DNA of 64,000 nucleotides from Macrostomum lignano (Eukaryota): NCBI GenBank assembly GCA_002269645.1, contig NIVC01003744.1, positions 15,262 to 79,261 of the forward strand, read 5' to 3'. Shown piece by piece: positions 53,852 to 64,000 of this stretch (position 1 is its first letter; each line of letters starts with the position of its first letter). The notes under the pieces were generated by a model. It saw only the letters and a program-made list of their open reading frames with translations, ran no database searches and was not told where the DNA came from. The position numbers and the translations under genes were made by a program.

Positions 53852-54348
53852 GACAAGTGCAGCAAGTCGGTGCGGGACTGCGGCTGCTCCAGGAGAGGTC
53901 GCCTGTTCGTGAAGCGGCAGCCGGGACTCTCGGCGGGCTCGCTGTGTCCTGTGGGCTACGGCGACGAGCTGTGCGGAGTGAAGTACCGAGTTTTAGAAGT
54001 CCCCGGAGAGTGGCAGCTGAGCCGAGATAAGTGCAACTCCGAGCCCGGACTCACCATCATGGCAGACGTGACGGACATGGCGGAGCTGAGCCACCTGGTG
54101 GGGATCTCCGCCGCTGCCGACGACCTGTTCTGGCTGGGCGGCTACCAGAGCCCGGGGAGCCCCGAGCCCGACGGAGGCTGGCACTGGACCGACTGCGCCA
54201 TCGAGATCGACGCCCGGCTGTGGTACCCGGGTGACCCCAACAACTTTCTGGAAAGGCGAACGCTGAACGACTCGGGCTGTTCGACTCGCCCGAGAACCGG
54301 CAGTTGAATAAGAACACCATCTGCGAGTGCCTGTCCCCGTTTGATTGA
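53852..54348 (+). pseudogene. 5'-truncated paralogue of the 39896 PAN-CTL gene (linker + CTLD), one frameshift near 54274
   Basis: 53852-53988 differs from 40133-40269 at only 3 of 137 nt. The CTLD is divergent (FWLGGY, WHWTDC, WYPGDPNN, TICECLSPFD*). No signal peptide or PAN segment upstream. Confidence 0.75.
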
Positions 54349-54668
54349 CAACACCATTTGCGAGTGCCTGTCCCCGTTTGATTGACAACACCATTTGCGA
54401 GTGCCTGTCCCCGTTTGATTGACAACACCATTTGCGAGTGCCTGTCCCCGTTTGATTGACAACACCATTTGCGAGTGCCTGTCCCCGTTTGATTGACAAC
54501 ACCATTTGCGAGTGCCTGTCCCCGTTTGATTGACAACACCATTTGCGAGTGCCTGTCCCCGTTTGATTGACAACACCATTTGCGAGTGCCTGTCCCCGTT
54601 TGATTGACAACACCATTTGCGAGTGCCTGTCCCCGTTTGATTGACAACACCATTTGCGAGTGCCTGTC
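54314..54668. repeat. 37-bp tandem array (9 full copies + 1 partial) made of the last codons and stop of the CTL paralogue
   Basis: Unit acaccatttgcgagtgcctgtccccgtttgattgaca = TICECLSPFD*; the first copy is in the coding frame. Confidence 0.97.
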
Positions 54669-55752
54669 AAGTTATTTTACGTTCTTCTACGTAGAACTTT
54701 AGGATGGAAGCTCCTGGCTGGTTGATTTTACAGGTCACGTGACTGCCTGATGCAGTACTGGTGTGAGAGTCTAAAATGTTCGCTGTTGAATTGTCTCCTT
54801 CAAATAAAAAGACAATTGACAACGTCAAAAGACAGCAGTCTCATGCATACACGTATAGAGGCCAGCGGCACCGCGGGTCTCGAGTGTTCGTGGCTCCAAC
54901 TTTTTTAACGAGTAAGGCCGTAAGACCGTTTTTTGATTTAGAGTTTGAATCTAAGAATTAATTTTGGCGCTGCACTACTCAGTAATCGTAAGTAGTGACA
55001 ATGGTATATTTTGCCGCTAAACTGTGAAATTGTACAGAAATGAAACAACAAGAACTATAGGCGAATTCAGCAGTTAGTAAAAATTCAGAAAGAAAATCTA
55101 ACGCTAACTCAGACATTTTATTTACTGAAATTAAAAGTAAAAGAAAACACCATTAAAATATATAGTGGAGAGAATATAAAAAGTGTTCTGAATATCAGCG
55201 TGTATAACATGTTCTGATAAAAATAGGGCTAAGCATGTGTTTAGCGCTATTTCTGTTTAAAAACATTCAGACAAGACTGGAATTAAATTTGCTATTATTT
55301 ACGCTAACAACGAGAAAAAATGTTTTTAACTGTTTCCTTGCTGATCAACCTTTGTGACGTCTTCAAGGAAGCAGGATTTACTGCACAATAGCATCCCCTT
55401 ATTTTTGGGGTTGTGTCCTCCTGTCCCTCATCCATCGCAGTTTTGTTTAAATTTTTAAAGCACATCAGTAATAATACAAATATTGTTAATGTTTATTCAA
55501 ATAGCAAACAACGATAATTGAATTAGTTATTTTTTGAAACTTTTACTGCTTGAAACTTGCTAGAATTTTTCTATTGAACAAGAAATCTGCGAACAATTAT
55601 TACTGTATTACTGTAACTGTAAAAAAATTTCGTTTCGTTCAGGGTGGCTATCAATCACCGTAGCTACAGTCGACTTTACGATTAGCATGTACTTAAGCTT
55701 TTTACGCCTGACCCATCTTGAGTAGCTCTGCTGACTCACACGGGTGCGTTTT

Positions 55753-56970
55753 TTAATTTCCAGTGCTTTTTTTCTTGCGATACTCTTCCAACTCCTTTTC
55801 GAGAGCAGCCTTTTCAGACATCGCCTTTTCCAGAGCTTTCTTCGTTTTCAGAGCATCCGACTGGAGAGCCTCGCCCACCTGAAGGCTTTCAAGCAGTTTG
55901 TCTGTTTCTTCTTGAAGTTGTGTCAGCTGGCTGCATATTGAGGAGAGCTCGCTGTCCAAAGCATTGAACGAGTTTTTCGAAGCCTTGAAATTGTCAGCTA
56001 TGTGGCTATAGTAGTCCGACAGGTACCAAGTGGTGCCGCCAGCGACAGCGGCTCCGACTCCCAGACCACCTGCCGTGATTCCAGCAGTCTTTGCTGTCAC
56101 AGCAGCTACTTTGATCGCACCAGCTGCGGCAGCTCCTGCCCCAGCGGTCGCTACTATCAAAGCGCCAGTAGCTAAGCCACCAATGAGTTTAACTCTCCCC
56201 TCCTTCTCTCTCGCCTTATCAGCAGCACTTGAGCAGTCATCTTTTGCTCTCGCACATAAATCTCTTACGGAGTTTAAGCTTTTCTGAACTGGGTCGCAGC
56301 TCTTCCGACAAGCGTTGCATTTAGCTTGCAGCTCTTTCAGCTGTTTGATCATCTTTTTTAAATCCGAAGTGGAGTAAGGCTTTTTCATATTTTTAATTTC
56401 ATTTCTTAATGTCACCCAGCCATTAGCAAGAGACACGGAGTTCTCTTCTAAAATCCTGTTGTTGTTATCAAGTTTATACGAAGCACTGCGAATAGCTGAA
56501 ATATGTTCCTCAACAGAGTTCCTCTCGCTGCCAGACGGCAATTTTTTGGCTGCAGAATCAATGCTCGCGATCTTTTGTTCGGCTCTGGAGACACCTTCTG
56601 TTACTTTAGCAGCGGTTTTCCGCACAGCGCTTGACTTTGTGTTTGCTTCAAAGACGAAATCTAGAATATGATCTTTACCACCATCTCCAGACCTGAAGTT
56701 TTGTTTAAGCAGTGAAATTATGAAATTATGCAAAATTATTTTAACAAGGACAACATAGAGAAAATTTTGTAATCTGAGTAGCAAGGGAGCAAAAATTAGT
56801 AGTTCCTACTGCTGCCAAAAGGTTAGGATGTAATCAGGATGCTGCTCTGCAAGCTCTGTGAGTGTCGTCAGCGGGATCGGGAACCCTGTTGTTGTTGTTG
56901 ACCATCTCTGAAGGGTTGAAATTCGGACTCCCTGGGACAATTTAGCCACAACCAACAGCTGAAAACCCAT
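55753..56970 (-). CDS. Coiled-coil protein with a central Gly/Ala-rich hydrophobic hairpin; main exon 56692-55753, probable first exon 56970-56810
   Basis: Open 940-nt exon with acceptor aacttcag|; upstream ATG exon ends CA|gtagga in matching phase 2. Amphipathic helices flank IGGLATGALIVATAGAGAAAAGAIKVAAVTAKTAGITAGGLGVGAAVAGGTTWYL. Confidence 0.75.
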
Positions 56971-57209
56971 TGAAGCGCACGCTGGTTTCAATTGAAGTTT
57001 GTGAATATCTGGTACCTCGATGAAGCTATACTTTATTTTTCGAAGACACTGCAGTTTTCATTCGAGTTTTAGACATTTGACGCTCGTCGCTCGTAAATAA
57101 AACTTAAAAATTCAATAATAATGTAAATTATGGGAAGAAACAGTTACTCTGCTTATTTAAATTCCCCATCTTCTATAAAAAATCCGCGCATGATGGAACA
57201 CAGAGAATT

Positions 57210-57690
57210 TCGTTGCCAATGGGTTGGTGTAGAGCTTTCTGTGCAAAGTATTGAACGAGTTTTTGAAGAGTTAAACTATCAGCTGACTATAGTAGGCCGA
57301 CAATTTTCCTAAACTGGGATGCTGCTCTTTCGACCATACCGACATTTTTGCAGCCGTTTTAGATTATTGATAGTACTGTTAATTTATATCCAAAGATAAG
57401 CAAGGCCTCACGATTCTAAATTTTTAGCTTCCAATATCTCGCATCCAGCTGCAGGACCTCGCAGTTCCGTCTTAAAATATTGTTATCGTTACTAAAGCTT
57501 TTTGATTAACTGCAAATGCAATATTTGAAATAAGTCTCTCAACAGACTCCTTCTCGTTCTCTGTACCAGACAGAAATTTTCTGGCTTTAGACTCATCCGT
57601 GATCTGTTTTTCGGCTCTGGAGACTCCGACAAGACAGCCTAACTTGCTGCTGGCTTTTAAAATGCATTCTTGGATTCCGTCATCTGTCCT
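57210..57690 (-). pseudogene. Decayed tandem paralogue of the 55753 gene
   Basis: GVSRAEKQITDESKARKFLSGTENEKESVERLIS aligns with GVSRAEQKIASIDSAAKKLPSGSERNSVEEHIS; nucleotide block attgaacgagttttt...tcagct...ctatagtag is shared with about 55965-56015. Contains stops, frameshifts and an internal deletion. Confidence 0.75.
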
Positions 57691-58876
57691 AAAACTGTTG
57701 TAAAGCTTTGTGTAATCATGAGTGGCTTCATCCCGGGTTCGATTCCGCTTTAGCTGACGAAAAGGGTAGGCAAAGGGATGGTAAGGGCTGCAAAAACAGC
57801 GCCAAATCGCTAATTTCTAGATTTTCATGCACCAGACAGGACTTTAATGGCCAAAAATTAATAGTTATGAGCCACAGCCAGAAACCATACATAGTTACTT
57901 ATTACTTACATGCTGAGAGCTGACTGTGGCACTGGCCGACTTTGAAAATTGCGCTGAGAGACGTCAGTTTCAATATTAGGTGTTATCAGGTCTACCGTAG
58001 AGGCGTCTACTTTTATAAACAAGAAATAGGAACCATTTTCCTGGAAATTTTGCGGATTTTCCGTGGGCTTGCCGAGGAATTCTCATGGATTTACCGGCAA
58101 ATTTTGCCAGATCCTGCTAAGATTTTGTCAAGTAATTTTATAACCTGACTTATTTCGGTTTACATGTGGATAGAAGGCTTAGCAATTGAAAATTCAATCC
58201 AGTGGTTAATTGCTTTTCCATGTCATATACTCGTAATATATAATTTAACAAAATTTTGTTTAACCAAAAGCCCCTTTAAATTGTTAACCACAAGAACTCT
58301 CAAACTAAAGCAAATTGGTTACAATATTTTCGTTTTCCATTCGGATAGGACTCTTTTCTAATGCTTCCGGTGCACAGAGAGATCTCTGCAACCAACAAAT
58401 TTTGTGTGCCTTGAAATTACAAGCATTTCTTTCCTTTCAGATTTAGTATATGGCGGGTCTACTTACAACTGGATTGGTACGCACGAACTTGATGCGCATG
58501 TGACGAATAAGCGCGGAACTTCGTTTTTACAATTACATGCTTGCCATCTATAGCAATTCGATTCAGGGCAAATGAACTGGTAAACAGCTATGACTAGTTT
58601 AGCCATGCTTTAACAGTAAGGAGACTGAATCAAAATTTACAAAATATACGTAAATCCTAACATTTTATGTTGAAAACCCAGCACCGTTTTATAAACTTAT
58701 GCATATCATATTATGTTCCGTAAGAAACTGGAAATACAACTGTACTCCTCATGAGAGTAAATATTCTGGCATGTCTGTTGAAAAGTACATAAAGAATTCC
58801 GTGATGAGCAGGTCTTGCGATAGTTTACAATGATAGTCGGATAAAATGATGCTTAGGGTTGATGATAAAATCAATT

Positions 58877-61800
58877 TTAAGTGACGACCTTCCTGGCCCG
58901 CACGAAGCCCTTTTTGATGGCGACGGGCAGCTCGAGAGCCTCGCCGGTGCGGCTGTTCCAGAAGACGCCCTCCTCTGCATCGATGACGCCCGCCTCCTTA
59001 GCCGCCTGGAAGCTCAGCGCCGTTCCGTTGGCCACGTCCAGCGCGCTGTAGATGAGGTAGCTGCCGCCGTCTCCAGCTGCCTTTGCCAGCTTGTCCGCGG
59101 ACTTCGAATCGGTCGATTGCAGCGTCACCAGGCCGTAGACTCGACGGTTTTTCACCTTGGCGCGGCCCTCTGTGCGACTCTCGGCGATAATCAGACCTGA
59201 AGAATGCGGATGCATTACATTTACAAAAAGTTGAAGGCCGGTTTTCGCCCCAAAATGCATTGATGAGACGGGCAAACCTTAACTTACTACCGAAAAAGTT
59301 ACCTTTTTGCTTGGCTGTGCAGTTCCAAACTCTCTTAGTAATTGATTGATAACTGATATATCTCTACCGTCTAATATTCGGTAGACTAATATTTGTACTT
59401 TGGCATCCTAGATGAAGTCGAAACTACAATGAACAGTGTACATGATTTTTTAAGTACTGTTTTCCTAAACTTCCCACGTTTTTAGAGCATACATGTGTCA
59501 AGTCGAAAAGTCGGCTTGACCTTTGCAAAAAAGCATATTTTTCGAATATTTAATCCCTTTAGCATCTAGCAATTTCTTAGCCAAGACGCATGCACCAATG
59601 TCTGTTATCTTTGTGAATGCTATATTTTGTTTTCTTGTTAATTTTTGAAAAAAAGAGATTCACAGCAAACGTCTTTGTCCGTGACAATTTTACTCGAATA
59701 AGGTGATTTATAAAACTGAAGAAGGAATTGGTTCTTGAGAAAAAGTGCTTTTTAATTGTTTTCCATGAATAATTTTCGCTCCTTGCTTATTTCGCGCCCT
59801 GAAGGGGGCACTAGATTGCTAGTTTTTGCTAAAATTGATCACACATACTCGTACGTAGATACCTAGATACCTACCTACAGACCATTTTTCGTATAGTTGG
59901 ATAAGTATACAAACCTTAGAGGCTTGGTATATAGGAAGATTAGAGATTTAGTATAGGTGGATGTGTACAACTTGTAGTGTCCGATGCATGGTACTTGCAC
60001 TGGACACATTAGGATTTCGTATCTGTTTATCTGGCTGAGTTTAACATTGGAAGTCCTTGATTATACTTGTTGAGCATGAGTTCGAGCATTATCTGCCTGG
60101 AAGTCACCAAAACCAAGACTCACCCGTGACAGCGCGGCCTGAATCGGCATCCAGTCGCCGGTCTCGCGGTTCAAGTAGCTCCCAGTGTCCCAGCTGACAA
60201 TGCCCCGCTGAACGGCTTCATCAAGCGACAGCACCGCCTTGTCTTTTGTATCCACCACGCAGGAGATCACCAGTCGCGATTTGGCTTCCGTCTCCTCCGT
60301 TTGTAGTCCTCGATCACCTCCGACAGCGGTCGGCCTCCTTCAAGGTTGTGTTCTTCTTCGCTGTCCGACAGAATCGGGCTGGCGGCATTGGCAGGCGGGG
60401 GTTCACGTCGGAATCGAACTTTCAGTCGCTCAAGATGCCTCTGGTTTCGGTGCTCAACGACGGGTGAAGAGGTTTGAGTAGTTTCTAAAATGGCGCAGTA
60501 TAACCAAGTCATCCAGTTGTCAAGAATGACCTACAGAATTATGTGCAATTTATTGATATCATTATAACTCCCTGTTCTAACCACTCCTTCGAAGCTGGAT
60601 TTTTTTACCAACAATACGTATTACGGCACTAAGATTTACGATTTTAACTACTCGAATCTGTACCAAAATAGTAGTCTATATGGAACGTGTTTTATAGCGG
60701 TTTCTTTCGAAAATCAAATTTTGTATTGTACACCCTGTGCTATTCTGAGCCTTACCTTCGATACCATTTCGATTCCCTATGTCCGAGCCCTCGCTTGTAT
60801 TGCTCACAACATCGATTGTGAACTCAGTTCGGTAAGTTCTGCCAGCGTCCGCCGTCGAGGCCTTTGAGATCCCAGCGATGGTCTGGGAGCCGAGTTGAAG
60901 CAGGCGGAGCAGCTCCGGAGGCCAGGCCTCCTCATTATTCCATGCTGCGGCTCCCTGTTTCTTGGTAAATTCAGCTAGGATTAGTTAACTCATATAAAGG
61001 TAAGTACCTTTTTGGGTTAATACTGAACAATTTACCAACGAGTATTACTGTAAGTAGTTTCGAGAGTTTTTAATTGTAGACTATTTATAAACTTCGCACT
61101 CTACTCCAATCAAAAATAAGCTTACTCGGCCAGGTCGCGGCAAAATTGAAAACTTGCGGTTTCGTCATTTCCAAACGTGGATGAGCCGCTGCCGTCCCCG
61201 CTGAGTCGGAAAGCTTCCCAGTGTCTCGTCAGATCACGGTACCGACGCATCAGCTGGCCTAAGAGGCCATGCATTTCGCTCTGCTTGGCGGCAGAGTCCG
61301 GCTCTTCAGATGACGACATTACCAGAGGACTTAGCCTCAGAAATATGGTGTCTGGAGTTTCGAATTAGTTAAGCTATGGAGTTGCGGGAAGCTTTTCTTA
61401 ACTAACAATACGGACGTCCCTGACTCACGGATATCAATACGAGTCCAGTCGTCAAGGCAGTCCTCAGCGTCGCAGATGGCTAAAGAAGCTCGGACACGCC
61501 GCATTCGGTCGCGCAGCTCTTCAAATTCGGGATGCTGAGCCCAGTAGCTCTGCAGCAGCTGCTCCATCGTGGCCAGCAAAGGGCGAAGCTCTCCATCAGT
61601 TATGATGTCCTGGTGGGATGTCACGACGCAGGGAGCCTCTGTCTGCGTAAAAGTGGACGACGTAGATGTCGTGAGGATCGTTGAGCTTAACTGGAAAGAA
61701 AGAAAGTGACCTACCTGACTTTCGATTGCACTGATCCGTCGGAACACCTGCAGCATGAACCCGATGAGCGCCCGGCCGATCTCCTTGAGCGCGATTGTCC

Positions 61801-61981
61801 AGCTGGCCAGCAGGCGCAGCCTCAGCGCAGCCGCACGCTCCAGCGCCGCCGGGTCGCCGCCCGCAATAGTCACGCAGAGCGACGGCACGCCGAGACAAAC
61901 GCCGCCGCACGTTTCCACGATCCATTGGTCTCGGTTTGTGTTGTCGACTAGAAATACTTCTCTTCCTGCCTTCACTGAGAC
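58877..61981 (-). CDS. Plakin-family (desmoplakin/plectin/spectraplakin-like) gene, partial. Exons about 61981-61429 (possible 24-nt intron), 61351-61126, 60974-60756, 60484-60124, 59196-58877
   Basis: Plakin SH3 signature VKAGREVFLVDNTNRDQWIV...VPSLCVTI; plectin-repeat motifs VVDTKDKAVLSLDEAVQRGIVSWDTGSYLNRETGDWMPIQAAL and ALDVANGTALSFQAAKEAGVIDAEEGVFWNSRTGEALELPVAIKKGFV. Some junction phases disagree and one exon has a -1 frameshift. Confidence 0.75.
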
Positions 61982-62734
61982 CTGTATAAGTTGGTTCGTG
62001 ATGGATTGATCATGTTTTTAATATTATGTCTAAACAGTGTTGCAACCATCTTAAATCTGGTCTCGAGACGTTTTTTTCGGCAAGCAGATTCTCTGCCTTT
62101 GTCTATCAAACCAACCCCTCATTATTACAGCCGCTGGTGCAACATTAAAGGTCACACTGTCACGTTTATACAGGCTCCAGGGTTCTACAGAGACTGTCTG
62201 AACGGCATTCTTTGTACTTCTCCGCGCAGTAGAGAAATGTTATATGACGTAAAATTATTTTATCGTTACATTTAGTCAGCTGTCGTCATTGGTCAAGAAA
62301 TTCGAAGCACACTTCTCAGAAGCGTACATTGACTGGGCCAGTGTCTATTTATAACAATTTTTATGAATCACGTGACCTCGAGCGTGGCACAAGAAAATAA
62401 AGATAGGGAGAGAAAGAAATATCAGAAGTGCAGTGGCAGAGCCCAGCACTTATCTGTCGCACTGAACTGGCATGGACTTGTTGCCTTGACGCACGGAGTC
62501 AAAGACCTGAGCAATAGTGCATTCGGGGCATTAGTCCTCAAGAAAAATAAGAACTACCTGCATAAACTTGCTATCTCTGTCTTCGACAGCCCCCAATGCT
62601 AATCAGTCGCAATAAAACGCTTTATGCAACTTTTTATCTGCTGTTGGAAGCATGCAAAAAGTACCTGCTCTGTTCTAGTCTCTGACAGCTCTGCTGCTTC
62701 TGTGTTTCGGCCGCCTATCTAAGCCTCTATAGGC

Positions 62735-64000
62735 ATGCAAATTCCTATGTTGCTGCTGCTTGCAGCCCTGTTCGGCTGCTCAGCCGGCATCTCAGCGCCA
62801 GAAGCTGACTGCCCAGCTGAGAACCGCTCATCAGTGACACCGACTGATGCGCTGACAACAATCCTAAGCGACCCGACAATGCAAGGCGACACAGGGAATT
62901 GGACTGAGACGCTGGAGAGAGTCATCAAAGTGATTGAGTCCAATGCAACGCTGCGACAGGCGATGCTGAATGAAACAGCGGAGCTCGGATTCTCATCGGC
63001 CCTGGGACAAGTGCTCAAAGGTATTGGCTATGATTTTCCCTGCTCTCCGTTCAAGCTTGCCCAGCCGGCTACCAGTGTCCACGCTTTGACTCCGGCTGAC
63101 GTCCAGGTATGTTTCGATTACTACTTTGGCAAAGTGAAATTCTGTGCAAGTCACTCATTGTGTGCTGACTTATTCAACATCGAATTATCCAAAACCCGAT
63201 AAACTTCAGGTGGTCGGCGCCATCGGAGACTCCATCTCGGCTGGCTCCGGCATCCACGCCTTCACACCACTAGGCATTGTGCTGTCATTCCGCGGCTCCG
63301 TGTTCAGCATTGGGGCCGATCTGAACTACCAATGGATTCCCACTCTGCCAAACATTCTGCTCAAGTACAACCCAACCTGCGTGGTTACGCTAAGGGCGTC
63401 TTGAAGAAGTCGCGCGGTTTCGATGTTGCCGTGCCGGGAGCAAAATCGGAGGATATGCTGAAGCAGGTACAGTGCTCATTTCACCAAACATTGCGCGAAC
63501 CGTATCCCTATCGTTATAGAAGTTCATTCCCAATTATTAAAACGCTTGTAGTGCGAGACTGAATAATTTGCGATCCTTCACTGCAGGCTTACGACCTCAT
63601 CCAGCGAATGAAGGCGGATCCGACTGTGGACTACCAGAATGACTGGAAGGTAATCACTTTATTCATCGGCGGCAACGATCTATGTGCCTACTGCAAGAAC
63701 CCCAGGTACTACGCCGCGGAGATGTACACAGCGAACATCAAGCGAGCTCTCGACCTGCTGCACAGCGAGGTGCCACGCGCTTTCGTCAACGTGGTCAACG
63801 TGCTGGACGTGTCGCAGATCAAGGAGCTGAACCGCGGCCTGGCCTGCACGGTGCTGCACTACTTCGAGTGCCGCTGCGGCGCCTTCAAACAGCCAACGGA
63901 AGAGCTGCGTCAGATCGTTCTTGAGTACCAGGGCAACTTGTCTGCGCTGGTGAACTCCGGTGTGTACGACACCAGGGATGACTTCACAGTGGTGCTGCAG
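62735..64000 (+). CDS. PLB1: Phospholipase B1-like SGNH/GDSL lipase; exons 62735-63106, 63210-63466 (1-nt deletion near 63372), 63587 to the window edge
   Basis: Signal peptide; SVHALTPADVQ-VVGAIGDSISAG, TLPNILLKYNP, DVAVPGAKSEDM, NDWKVITLFIGGNDLC, ALDLLHSEVPRAFVN and YDTRDDFTVVLQ are PLB1-family motifs; GT-AG junctions. Confidence 0.93.

Noticed and set aside
59838-59884. 4-nt micro-exon (ctgtag|gtag|gtatct, minus strand) that would fix a plakin phase mismatch
   Set aside because: It lies in a short GGTA/GATA-like repeat and is equally explained by chance; needs transcript data.

Overview
Repeat-rich, intron-containing animal genomic DNA: GT-AG spliced genes with GC-rich exons, (TCTG)n/(GATA)n microsatellites and many minisatellites. 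The style resembles the free-living flatworm Macrostomum; this is inference only. Supported genes: a cyclin G/I-family gene (6 exons, minus), GSKIP, PLB1 (runs off the right edge), part of a plakin-family gene (SH3 and plectin repeats), a PARP catalytic domain with a C-terminal membrane anchor, a secreted WSC+PAN protein, a secreted PAN+C-type-lectin protein with a truncated paralogue, a coiled-coil protein with a hydrophobic hairpin and its decayed tandem copy, and two exons of a secreted SUEL-lectin-like gene. Mobile DNA: two hAT-type MITEs with 8-bp TSDs, a 5'-truncated RNase H-bearing LINE with a 14-bp TSD, and a second LINE remnant. The most notable object is a 5.7-kb element (46392-52087) with terminal inverted repeats, lying between two (TCTG)n tracts. 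No transposase is visible in it. It carries a spliced gene that appears to fuse a chromodomain to Dbf4-like N (BRCT) and M motifs, and its introns hold about 26 tandem copies of the element's own terminal motif. Four coding exons each lack one base at a short homopolymer, which suggests consensus indel errors rather than true pseudogenes. All domain calls are by eye from translated motifs; no database search was run.
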